A DNA stretch of 64,000 bases from an uncultured Micavibrio sp. (GTDB lineage: Bacteria > Pseudomonadota > Alphaproteobacteria > Micavibrionales > Micavibrionaceae): the NCBI GenBank assembly GCA_963667075.1, contig OY762938.1, positions 596,100-660,099 of the forward strand, read 5' to 3'. Numbering within the stretch: the stretch's first letter is position 1; every line of letters begins with the position of its first letter. Under the pieces are notes generated by a model that searched no databases, was not told where the DNA came from, and saw only the letters and a list, made by a program, of their open reading frames with translations. The position numbers and the translations under genes were made by a program. This document shows positions 18,662 through 27,837 of the stretch, piece by piece.

Positions 18662-20941
18662 CTACTTTGATGTAGCAATATAGACCCCGTCCCAGTCTTC
18701 CTGCGGCGGGGTTTCTTTCATCTCAAGAATCCGTTCTTTGAATATATCGTAGTAACGGCCGACATATCCTGTTTCCCGATCTAATGTCGAACATTCTTCT
18801 AATAAGGAGAGTGCTTTATCAAAAGCTTTTGCTCTATAAGCAGCGAGCATATCGTTATGTTTTTGGGCAAGCGTCTTAAAGGACTCGGCCTGTGCCAGTT
18901 TCTCATCTCCGATCAGGGTAAAGATTCTGACAGGTTCAAACTTTCCTTTCACACGCAACAAATCGAGTTCCAGCGTTGCAAAGGCTTGCGCTTCTTTTTG
19001 GGTTTCTTCTCCGATTAAAATATCAACACCGTATTGTTTGGTTTGTCCCTCAAGACGGGAGCCAAGATTCACGGCATCCCCCAGAACAGAATAGGCAAAC
19101 CGTTTTCTGGAGCCCATATTGCCCACACTCGCAGGGCCTGTATTGATCCCGATTCCAGCCTTAAGAAGCAGCGGTTCCCGCCCCTCTTCTTTCGCTTTTT
19201 TAGCCCGGGCCTCATTGATCGGAGCCAACGCCTTATTCATTTCCAAGGCTGCACGACAGGCATTCTGTGCATGCTCTTCATCATCAAGCGGCGCATTCCA
19301 GAACGCCATCATGGCATCGCCCATATATTTATCAATCGTCCCCCTGTTCTCCATAACCAGATCAGACATCGGCGTCAGAAAATCGTTCATCAAGTGAATC
19401 AACTCATCCGGTGCCAAGGATTCGGAAATAGTTGTAAAACTCCTGATATCGGAAAACATGATACTGATGCGCCGGATTTCTCCGCCCAGCTCCAGTTTTT
19501 CCGGATGGTCTGTCAGCTCTTTCATAAAGGCCGGAGAAATATAAAGACCAAAAGCCTGCTTGATATGTTTACGATCAGACTCCGAACGGATATAGGTCAA
19601 GAATGTTGCAACAAAAAAGAGCAACGCAACCGATAAGGCCGGATAAGACGGATCAAACAAAATGCCATATTGTGTATAAGCTTCCCATGCCCCCCAGAAA
19701 ATCAACTCAATAGAAATAATACAGACCAGTGCCAAAGACACAGCCCCAACAAAAGAGGTTAAAATAATAACGAGCAATCCCATGAAGAAAATAAAAAGGG
19801 CTTCGGCACCGCTCATGAAATCAGGCCGGCGCAAATAGTCACCCTGCAATATCTGCTCAATCACATTAAAATGGACTTCCACCCCCGGTACGAAAATATC
19901 AAGCGGCGTGGAACGAATATCCTTTAAGCCTTCCGCACTCGTACCAATCAAGACAATTTTATTCTTTATCCGCAAAGCGTCTTCCCGGTTTACGCGGTCA
20001 CCCAAAAATTTATGAGCACTGATATAATCTTTCTTTCCAAGTTCCCGGTAATGCACATTAAATGTACCGTGGTCATCAATCGGAATCTGATATTCATCAC
20101 CCTTCATGCCAAACGTCAGATAATAGGGCAGCTCAAATATACCGCGTTCTTTCCTCTTTTTGATATAAATGGATTTAAACCTTGAAAGCGACACCCGAAA
20201 AGCCTCGAGAGAAAGGGCCGGATAGAGCGTTGGCTCTTCCTCCTTTTCAGGATTATATCCAGGAAACCCCAAAATAAGAGGCACCGTCCGCGCAATACCA
20301 TCACGGCTTGGTTCCAATATAAAGCTCCCGTTTCCTGCTGCATTTTTTGACAATACCGGCAAGTTTGTAGCGACCCCCGGCGGAGAAAAAACGCCCCTGT
20401 ATATAGCGTCCTTATCTGTGGGCGATAACTCTTTGTGAAAATAGATTGGCTTCGATAAATGAGGGGGACGAATCGTCTCATCTTTATCAGCTCCCACAAA
20501 TCCTGTCACAACATTCTTTGCTGCCTTGATTGACGCCGCCATACGCTCTTCATTAGAGGGAAGGCTTTTGAGCCCTTCTCTCAGCTCTTCCGGCAGGCTA
20601 TCCGCGATTAACGCCGGCGAGGTCCTGTCTTCTTCTGCAAAGACCATATCAAACGCGATTGCTTTGGCACCACTTTCATTAAGACGCTCAATCAGTTTTC
20701 CAACAACATGTCTCGGCCATGGCCACTGGCCCTGTTTAAGCAGAGAATGTTCGTCAATATCAACAATGATCACAGCATTCGTCCGCTCACGATGATACAT
20801 TCTGTTGAACTGATCAAATGCTGTATATTTCAGTTTTTCCCTGAACTCATGCTTTGATTCACTAAACCAGACCGCGAGCAAAAGCAGGCCAAAAAGAAGG
20901 ATAAAATGGCTCCACCGATTGGTTAAAATTTTACCAACCAT
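18662..20941 (-). CDS. CHASE2 sensor-domain class III adenylate/guanylate cyclase
   Basis: An N-terminal TM helix and a periplasmic CHASE2-like region are followed by 3 TM helices. The cyclase domain shows FSDIRSFTTISE, GDAMMAFW and GINTGPASVGNMGS..RFAYSVLGDAVNLGSRLE. Confidence 0.88.
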   Translation of the reverse strand: MVGKILTNRWSHFILLFGLLLLAVWFSESKHEFREKLKYTAFDQFNRMYHRERTNAVIIVDIDEHSLLKQGQWPWPRHVVGKLIERLNESGAKAIAFDMVFAEEDRTSPALIADSLPEELREGLKSLPSNEERMAASIKAAKNVVTGFVGADKDETIRPPHLSKPIYFHKELSPTDKDAIYRGVFSPPGVATNLPVLSKNAAGNGSFILEPSRDGIARTVPLILGFPGYNPEKEEEPTLYPALSLEAFRVSLSRFKSIYIKKRKERGIFELPYYLTFGMKGDEYQIPIDDHGTFNVHYRELGKKDYISAHKFLGDRVNREDALRIKNKIVLIGTSAEGLKDIRSTPLDIFVPGVEVHFNVIEQILQGDYLRRPDFMSGAEALFIFFMGLLVIILTSFVGAVSLALVCIISIELIFWGAWEAYTQYGILFDPSYPALSVALLFFVATFLTYIRSESDRKHIKQAFGLYISPAFMKELTDHPEKLELGGEIRRISIMFSDIRSFTTISESLAPDELIHLMNDFLTPMSDLVMENRGTIDKYMGDAMMAFWNAPLDDEEHAQNACRAALEMNKALAPINEARAKKAKEEGREPLLLKAGIGINTGPASVGNMGSRKRFAYSVLGDAVNLGSRLEGQTKQYGVDILIGEETQKEAQAFATLELDLLRVKGKFEPVRIFTLIGDEKLAQAESFKTLAQKHNDMLAAYRAKAFDKALSLLEECSTLDRETGYVGRYYDIFKERILEMKETPPQEDWDGVYIATSK

Positions 20942-20950
20942 CTCTTCCCC

Positions 20951-22261
20951 TTACCGTTCGGTAAATGCACGTTCACGGGCCCGTAAAATCGGTTTGGCGA
21001 GATAGGTCAATATGGTCCTCTTGCCCGTAATAATTTCGATTTGCGCCACCATCCCCGGTGTAATCGGTAAAGGATGCGCCTCTGTGCCAAGATAATTTTT
21101 CTCGGTCTGTACCTCAACCTCAAAAGATACGTTTCCCTCCTGATCCGTCACGCTATTAGCACCGATACGGGTCAAGGTACCATCCAGAGCCCCGTAACGC
21201 TGCGAATCATAGGCTGTAATTTTTACTTTGACGGGCTGACCTTTTTTCAGGAATGCAATATCCTTTGGCTGCACCTTTGCTACTATTTTTAAGTCATCAC
21301 CCACGGGGACGATTTCCATTAAACGCATGGCAGGTTCTACGATTCCGCCTTCCGTCTTTAACGCAATTTTATTAACGACACCATCCACAGGCGCACGCAG
21401 CTCCGCTCTGAACACGCGGTCTCCTATAGACTTCAAGCTTTCTTCAAGGGCCGCGATCTTGGTTTCTACAATATTAAGATCGCCAAGGGCCTGGGAACGG
21501 AACTTATCAAATTTGTCTTCACGCTCCTTGTCCGATGATTTTAATTTCGCCTCAAGGCCAATCTTACGTTCTCTGGCCGCTTTCAGCGCACCATCCGTAT
21601 CGTTCACTTCCCTTTTCAAGCGAATAAGGTCCATCTTGGACGCTGCTTTTTGTGCGACCATGCGCTGTGTTACCGACAGCTCTTCCCTTAAAAGTGACAA
21701 ATTGCCACTATGGCGGGAGATCTGTGCTTCCAGCTCATCCAGTTCTGCTTTTGTCTTTTTTGTATTTTCATCAAGTATAGAAAGCGCATTTTCGAACTCT
21801 TTTTGCCTGGATTCATACAACGCGACTTCATTTTTGGCAATATTAGAGCTCTTTTGTACAATTTCTTCTGGCATTGCGAGCTTTTTACCACTTGCCTCAG
21901 CCTCCAGACGCGCTTTTTGTGCTTTAAGGCTTAAAAAACGTGCTTCTGTCCCACGTTCTTCCGACGCAAAATCGACATCACTAATTCGGGCCACCACCTG
22001 TCCTTCTTTGACCATATCCCCTTCATGAACCATCAGTTCGGATAAAATACCGCCCTCCAGACTTTGAACAACCTTAATTTCCTGCGACGGCACAACCTGC
22101 CCTTGCCCGCGCGTCAGTTCCACAACTTTTGACAGACCCGCCCAGCAAAAGAAAAACAGCACAAGTCCGGCAATAGCATAGAGCAAAAGATTTGCACCAG
22201 GTGCCGTCTTCATGTGTTGCGCCGCTTTCAGAGCAGGCATGAAATCCGTCTCTGTACTCAT
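20951..22261 (-). CDS. Type I secretion periplasmic adaptor (HlyD family)
   Basis: A single N-terminal TM helix, a long coiled coil and a C-terminal beta-barrel region (GMVAQIEIITGKRTILTYL.KP). Confidence 0.9.
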   Translation of the reverse strand: MSTETDFMPALKAAQHMKTAPGANLLLYAIAGLVLFFFCWAGLSKVVELTRGQGQVVPSQEIKVVQSLEGGILSELMVHEGDMVKEGQVVARISDVDFASEERGTEARFLSLKAQKARLEAEASGKKLAMPEEIVQKSSNIAKNEVALYESRQKEFENALSILDENTKKTKAELDELEAQISRHSGNLSLLREELSVTQRMVAQKAASKMDLIRLKREVNDTDGALKAARERKIGLEAKLKSSDKEREDKFDKFRSQALGDLNIVETKIAALEESLKSIGDRVFRAELRAPVDGVVNKIALKTEGGIVEPAMRLMEIVPVGDDLKIVAKVQPKDIAFLKKGQPVKVKITAYDSQRYGALDGTLTRIGANSVTDQEGNVSFEVEVQTEKNYLGTEAHPLPITPGMVAQIEIITGKRTILTYLAKPILRARERAFTER

Positions 22262-24486
22262 GGGGTTGCCCCTCCTCCGCTTCCGCTCTGACCAGACAGC
22301 TTTAACAGCACCTGATCCCTTGGACCATCAATAGCAATTTTACCCCCTTCAACCATAATCAAACGATCAACCAACTGTAACAAAGAGGTTCGGTGCGTAA
22401 TGAGAATGAGTGTCCTGTCCTGTACTTCCTTCCTGATATGCCGTAAAAACGCTTCTTCCGCCTGTACATCCATGGCATTGGTGGGTTCATCACAAATATA
22501 CACTTCAGGCTTTAGCAACATAGCCCGCGCAAGAGCCACAGCCTGCCGCTGACCTCCGCTCAAGCCTTCTCCACGCTCACCGACCGGAGCATCATAGCCC
22601 ATAGGGTGGGAAGATATAAAGTCATGAACGCCGGCCGCTTTGGCTGCCGCCAGTATCTCTTCTTCTGTCGCTTGCGGAAGACTGGCGGTAATATTATCGC
22701 GCACGGTTCCTCTGAACAACACAACGTCTTGCGCAATATAGGCCATATGCCGGCGCAGATCTGCAGGATCAAGCTGTCTGTAATCTGTATCATCAGCCAG
22801 AATCGTACCTTCATCAGGCTCGTACAATCCCATCATCAGGCGGGCTATCGTACTCTTGCCAGACCCTATACGGCCGATAATTCCGACTTTTTCGCCGGCC
22901 TGAATATTAAAAGAGACCCCATCCAACACCTTTCGATCAATACCGGGATAGGAAAAAGACACATTATTCAGACAAAGCTTCCCTTTGAGATCAGGCCTGT
23001 GGAGAAATTGTTTACCATCAGGCCGCTCGACCGGTTTATCCATAAAATCAGCCAACATTTTCAGCGATCTTTTTGCCTGATGGAAACGGCTTATCAGGTT
23101 TGCTACCTGCCCAACCGGCGACAAAGCGCGTCCGGATAAAATCACACACGCAATAAGGCCGCCTGTGCTCAAAGAACCGTCTCTTACAAGATACATCCCC
23201 ATTAAAACAATGATAATAGACGTACTCTGCTGGCAGAAGGTCGCTATATTAGCCGCCATAGCCGATATAAAACGCGTTCTCTGAGATAAAAGGGCCGACT
23301 CCCCGACATGATGCCCATATCTTGCACGCATCCGACGATCAGCACCAATGGCTTTTATCGTTTCAAGACCATGAATGGTTTCAACGAGAAGACCGTGTTT
23401 GACCTCTGCCGATGTCATCGTTTTCCTGACAGAGGTTTTTAAAGGGATTTGCAACAGCACGCCCGCTGTAACAACAATCCCGATCAACAAAAGAATTATG
23501 AGAGCGACTCCCCCGCCAATCCAGTAGACCACCGTTATAAAAAACAAACTAAACGGCAGATCCACAAGCCCCGTAATCGTGGCAGAGGTCATAAAATCCC
23601 GTACAGAATCAAAATCCCGCAGCATATTCGCAAAAGAACCGCTTGAGGCAGGCCGCTCTGATAAACGCATATTTAACAGCTGGTCATAGACCCGGCTTGC
23701 CGCACTGACATCAATACGCCTTCCGGCAAAATCAATAAAATAGCCCCGCAGCGTCCGAATAATAAAATCGAACACAAAAATAGTTAAAGCGCCCAGCCCC
23801 AGCACCCAGCCCGTTTCGATTGAACTGCTTGGAATAACACGATCATAAACCGTCATGATATAAATCGGACTCACCAGACCGAACAGGTTAATCAAAAAAG
23901 AGGCCAGAACAACCCTGGCATATATCCCCTTATTCTTCCAAAAGGGCCCCCAGAACCAATGTTTCCCTATATCCAGCTTCCAGTCATTTTCTTGTGCAGC
24001 AGGATCCGCAAAAGAAGTGCTCATATGCACATAAATAGCATACCCCGTAAAAAGCCCTTTTAGCTCTTTTTCCGTAACAGAAATAACCCTCCCCTTTTCC
24101 GGGTCAAAGAGTCTGTCTCTTGATAACAGAACACAGGCCTTGTCCTTCCCTGTAATTAAAACACAAGGCAGAACATCTTCATGAATCTGAGAGAATGCGG
24201 CTTTTTTTACAATTTTTGTATCAAGCCCCAAACGCGCCGCTGCATCACAAAACAGATCAGGCCCCATACCTTTTTCATCATAAGGCAGACCTGAAATAAT
24301 GGCCTCAGCCGATCGTGCTCTGCCATAATGAGTCGTTAAATAGACAAGACAATGAAGAAGAGAATCCACCGGCCGTAGCCCCCTCCCCTCTTTTCTTTTT
24401 TTATTATCCGCACTATCCGTTTCGATTTCACTCTTGCTCGGTTTGTTCATCATCGCTTTGTTCTGCTGGCTGCTGTGAGGATTCAT
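22258..24486 (-). CDS. Type I secretion ABC transporter permease/ATPase (HlyB/LssB-like) with an N-terminal C39-like domain
   Basis: Walker A is GRIGSGKST, the signature is LSGGQRQ and Walker B is VYICDEPT. It has a 6-TM domain and an N-terminal region of about 130 aa resembling a C39-like domain. Confidence 0.9.
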   Translation of the reverse strand: MNPHSSQQNKAMMNKPSKSEIETDSADNKKRKEGRGLRPVDSLLHCLVYLTTHYGRARSAEAIISGLPYDEKGMGPDLFCDAAARLGLDTKIVKKAAFSQIHEDVLPCVLITGKDKACVLLSRDRLFDPEKGRVISVTEKELKGLFTGYAIYVHMSTSFADPAAQENDWKLDIGKHWFWGPFWKNKGIYARVVLASFLINLFGLVSPIYIMTVYDRVIPSSSIETGWVLGLGALTIFVFDFIIRTLRGYFIDFAGRRIDVSAASRVYDQLLNMRLSERPASSGSFANMLRDFDSVRDFMTSATITGLVDLPFSLFFITVVYWIGGGVALIILLLIGIVVTAGVLLQIPLKTSVRKTMTSAEVKHGLLVETIHGLETIKAIGADRRMRARYGHHVGESALLSQRTRFISAMAANIATFCQQSTSIIIVLMGMYLVRDGSLSTGGLIACVILSGRALSPVGQVANLISRFHQAKRSLKMLADFMDKPVERPDGKQFLHRPDLKGKLCLNNVSFSYPGIDRKVLDGVSFNIQAGEKVGIIGRIGSGKSTIARLMMGLYEPDEGTILADDTDYRQLDPADLRRHMAYIAQDVVLFRGTVRDNITASLPQATEEEILAAAKAAGVHDFISSHPMGYDAPVGERGEGLSGGQRQAVALARAMLLKPEVYICDEPTNAMDVQAEEAFLRHIRKEVQDRTLILITHRTSLLQLVDRLIMVEGGKIAIDGPRDQVLLKLSGQSGSGGGATP

Positions 24487-25930
24487 CAGGAACAGAGAGA
24501 CCTTGAACTATAGCACTATCCGCCTCAGTCACTTCAGTCGCCTCAGTCACTTCAGTCGCCTCAGTCACTTCAGTCGCTTCGGTCACTTCATCCGACTCAG
24601 TCGGTTCTGCATCAGAAGCATCAGAAGGCAACACATTCAGACTATCCTGCAAACGCCCCATACTGGCCAAAGCAGCATATTGCGCCCCCAGAAAACGATA
24701 CTCTGCATTCAGGCTTTCAAGCCGCGCGCCAAGCAAACGACTTTCCGTCTGCAAGACCTGCAGCAAGCCCACTTTTCCGCCTTCGAATTGATTTTTGTAC
24801 ACATCCAAAAGACTTTTGGTCATATACACATTTTCTCTGGCCAGTGCTAACTGTCTTTTTGAGGTTTCCATATTCGAGTAAGCGATGCGCACCGTCTTTT
24901 CGAGCTGGCGACTAATTTCGTTCTTACGGGAAATACTTTCAGTGTATTCCATTTTGCTGCGCTGAATTCTGGCGAGCTCCGCCCCGCCCGTAGAAAAATC
25001 CCAGTTCATACGAACAAGCATACGGCCATCATCCACCTCACCGCCCAGCTTATCCGCGTAATCTTTTTTATAGTAAGATAACTCACCATTCAGGGTCGGA
25101 TACAAGACAGCTGTATCAGCTTCGATATCAATAGACTCCGCCCGGCTTGTCTTTTCAGCAGACTCCATACGTGGATGATACTGCTTCGCATAAGCGACAG
25201 CATCAGAAACCAGCGTAGGAATAGAGGCAGCGTAAGGAACCGGTTTTTCCATACTATTATCCGGCATATGCCCTGTTACCTCCTCATATTCTGCCATAGC
25301 CGAAAGAACTTGCCCCTCATACTCTGCCAGCATATTAGCCGCCATCAAACGAACGTTACTGGCCTCTGTCAATTCGGTTTCATCAGACACACCTTCATTC
25401 ACAAGAATACGGATACGACCAAGATAGTGACGTGTCTGTTCATCAAACGCACGCACCACATCCCGCGCCTCACGCGCCCTCAACACATCCAGATAAGCCA
25501 GAACAGATCTTGACGCGAGCCCTTCACGAACATCCATAATAGTATCCGTCTGTGCCGCCTCACGAGATTTCACAGCCTCAACCTTATGCTGTGTTCCAAA
25601 CCCGTCAAAAATCAACTGGTTTGCAGAAACAGCCCCTTCCCAGAGCCACGAATACCCTTCATCACGTGTAACAGACAAACCACGGCTCGTACTGTTATCA
25701 CCAAACACACGCCCTCCTGTAGCATTCATATTCAACGTCGGAAAATAAGCCGACCATTCCTCCCACTCCTGCGCACGGACAGCTTCACGCCTGGCCAATG
25801 CTGTTTCCACAGACGGATGATAATTAAGTGCTGATATAACAGCCTCATTCACAGTTTCAGCATGTGCAGAAGAAAGCATCGCCGCACAGGCCACCGAACA
25901 AAGTAAGGAACGTATAAACAATTGAGTCAT
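24428..25930 (-). CDS. tolC: TolC-family outer-membrane channel protein with an acidic repeat tail
   Basis: A signal peptide, then a two-repeat OEP architecture (LNYHPSVETA..., YPTLNGELSY...). The C-terminus carries (EVTEAT)n. Its 3' end overlaps the ABC gene start by up to 59 nt. Confidence 0.85.
   Translation of the reverse strand: MTQLFIRSLLCSVACAAMLSSAHAETVNEAVISALNYHPSVETALARREAVRAQEWEEWSAYFPTLNMNATGGRVFGDNSTSRGLSVTRDEGYSWLWEGAVSANQLIFDGFGTQHKVEAVKSREAAQTDTIMDVREGLASRSVLAYLDVLRAREARDVVRAFDEQTRHYLGRIRILVNEGVSDETELTEASNVRLMAANMLAEYEGQVLSAMAEYEEVTGHMPDNSMEKPVPYAASIPTLVSDAVAYAKQYHPRMESAEKTSRAESIDIEADTAVLYPTLNGELSYYKKDYADKLGGEVDDGRMLVRMNWDFSTGGAELARIQRSKMEYTESISRKNEISRQLEKTVRIAYSNMETSKRQLALARENVYMTKSLLDVYKNQFEGGKVGLLQVLQTESRLLGARLESLNAEYRFLGAQYAALASMGRLQDSLNVLPSDASDAEPTESDEVTEATEVTEATEVTEATEVTEADSAIVQGLSVPDESSQQPAEQSDDEQTEQE
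24523..24594. repeat. 18-bp (2 x 9 bp) tandem repeat: 3 perfect copies plus 1 degenerate copy
   Basis: cctcagtcacttcagtcg occurs at 24523, 24541 and 24559, then cttcggtcacttcatccg. It encodes the TEATEV repeats of the TolC tail. Confidence 0.95.
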
Positions 25931-26180
25931 AGGAACACTTCAAGAATTGAATGCAGATAAACCAAGAGAGAGTTGTGTGTATAAAAAAGAACTGCAGCAA
26001 AAAGAGAGAGAAATACAGAGAAACTACCGCTCTGAATCTAAACAAAAAGGGCTGTAAAGGCAAGGCTTTTTGTTTTCTTTGATAATATTTAAAAATGGGG
26101 CTTCACAAATGGATATAGATAGGGCATTGTTCGGGACATAACTTCCAATTTTCAAATTTTAAAATACAGGATATTTCGTT

Positions 26181-27398
26181 GTGGGACTGAATATTGCCAT
26201 CTTGAAAGAACGTGCTGATTCTGAGAAACGGGTTGCCGCATCTCCGGAAACAGTCAAAAAATACATTGCCTTGGGCGCAACCGTAACCATTGAATCCAAC
26301 GCCGGCCTTAACGCTGCAATAACGGACGATATGTTCAAAAACGCCGGCGCAAAAATTGCAAAAACAAAAGAAGACGCGCTTAAAAACGTTGACGTATTGT
26401 TAGCCGTCCAAAAACCCGAAGAAAGCATCCTTAAAAGCCTGGAAAAAGGAACACTCCTGATTGCAGCATTGGCCCCCTATCAGGATGAAAAAGGTATCGC
26501 CCTCTACGCAGAAAAAGGCATTAATGCGTTTTCTATGGAACTTGTGCCACGTATCACACGGGCACAGTCAATGGACATGCTTTCCTCACAATCAAATCTG
26601 GCCGGGTACAAAGCTGTTCTGGATGCCGCAGAGCATTACGGCAGTGCGTTCCCTATGATGATGACCGCTGCCGGTACCGTTCCCCCTACCAAAGTATTTA
26701 TCATGGGCGCAGGGGTCGCAGGACTACAAGCTATTGCAACAGCGAAACGCCTCGGTGCCGTCGTATCGGCGACTGACGTTCGTCCAGCGGCTAAAGAACA
26801 GGTCAAATCACTCGGTGGTACCTTTATCGCCGTGGAAGATGATGAATTCAAGGAAGCTGAAACAGCCGGCGGCTACGCAAAGGAAATGTCAGCTGAATAC
26901 AAAAAGAAACAGGCAGCACTTGTTGCCGAAACTGTCGCAAAGCAGGACATTATCATTACAACCGCTTTAATCCCCGGACGTCCAGCACCTGAACTGATTA
27001 CAGAAGCTATGGTCAAGACCATGAAGCCGGGCTCTGTTATCGTTGATCTGGCCGTTGAAATGGGTGGCAACTGCAAACTCTCCAAACCAGGAGAGGTTGT
27101 TGAAAAGCATGGCGTTAAAATTGTTGGACACAGAAATGTGCCAAGTCGTCTGGCGGCTGATGCATCAGCTTTATACGCCAAAAATCTTCTTAATCTGATG
27201 GCTCTTCTGGTCGACAAAGAAAGTGGCTCTCTGACCATCAATTGGGAAGATGAAATCATTCAGGGCATTGCCTTAACGAAAGACGGGGAAATCATTCACC
27301 CGAACTTCGGCGGCAAAAAGAAACCGGCACCGAAAAAAGAAACCAACGCCGATTCCGAAAAAGATGAAACAAAAAAGACTGAAGAGAAAAAAGGATAG
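26181..27398 (+). CDS. pntAA: NAD(P) transhydrogenase subunit alpha part 1
   Basis: AlaDH/PNT fold with GAGVAGLQAIATAKRLGA as the NAD-binding motif. GTG start. Lys-rich C-terminal extension. Confidence 0.92.
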   Translation: MGLNIAILKERADSEKRVAASPETVKKYIALGATVTIESNAGLNAAITDDMFKNAGAKIAKTKEDALKNVDVLLAVQKPEESILKSLEKGTLLIAALAPYQDEKGIALYAEKGINAFSMELVPRITRAQSMDMLSSQSNLAGYKAVLDAAEHYGSAFPMMMTAAGTVPPTKVFIMGAGVAGLQAIATAKRLGAVVSATDVRPAAKEQVKSLGGTFIAVEDDEFKEAETAGGYAKEMSAEYKKKQAALVAETVAKQDIIITTALIPGRPAPELITEAMVKTMKPGSVIVDLAVEMGGNCKLSKPGEVVEKHGVKIVGHRNVPSRLAADASALYAKNLLNLMALLVDKESGSLTINWEDEIIQGIALTKDGEIIHPNFGGKKKPAPKKETNADSEKDETKKTEEKKG

Positions 27399-27404
27399 CA
27401 GGTT

Positions 27405-27812
27405 ATGACTATTGACGAAAAAACACTTGTCGATCAGGCCGAAGGGCTTGTCAATACATTGCGGGGCGCAACTGATCAAGCAGCTACCGTACTAAAAGCT
27501 GCAGAGCAAGGTGCTGCGGCTGCCCATCATGGGGACTTTCTTGTCACCGGCCTGACCGTTTTTGTTCTGGCCTGTTTTGTTGGTTATTATGTAGTATGGA
27601 AAGTAACGCCAGCCCTGCACTCCCCGCTTATGGGTATTACAAACGCTATTTCATCTGTCATTATCGTTGGCGCGTTGATTGCTGCCGGACCTGCTGAGTT
27701 AACATTCTCAAGCCTTATGGGTTTTCTTGCTGTCACGCTCGCGTCAATTAATATATTCGGCGGCTTTATCGTCACAAGACGTATGCTGCATATGTTCAAG
27801 AAAAAAGGATAA
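27405..27812 (+). CDS. pntAB: NAD(P) transhydrogenase subunit alpha part 2 (membrane)
   Basis: 135 aa with 3-4 TM helices ([18 protein letters not shown]). It lies between pntAA and pntB. Confidence 0.88.
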   Translation: MTIDEKTLVDQAEGLVNTLRGATDQAATVLKAAEQGAAAAHHGDFLVTGLTVFVLACFVGYYVVWKVTPALHSPLMGITNAISSVIIVGALIAAGPAELTFSSLMGFLAVTLASINIFGGFIVTRRMLHMFKKKG

Positions 27813-27837
27813 ACGAAGGATAATAAGGTAAAATATC

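Noticed and set aside
19034-19636. 200-aa plus-strand ORF
   Set aside because: It is antisense to the cyclase catalytic domain.
21327-22028. 233-aa plus-strand Ser-rich ORF
   Set aside because: It is a shadow ORF antisense to the coiled-coil region of hlyD. Repetitive sense codons generate long open antisense frames.
22258-24486. Possibility that the ABC transporter's N-terminal domain is an active C39 bacteriocin-processing peptidase
   Set aside because: I could not find the conserved Q...C(G) and H/D catalytic pattern by eye, and no GG-leader peptide gene is nearby. It is more likely a non-catalytic C39-like domain, but I cannot decide this without an alignment.
24503-24850. 115-aa plus-strand ORF with SHFSRL repeats
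   Set aside because: It is a mirror image of the 18-bp repeat in the TolC tail. The repeat periodicity creates it, and it has no independent support.
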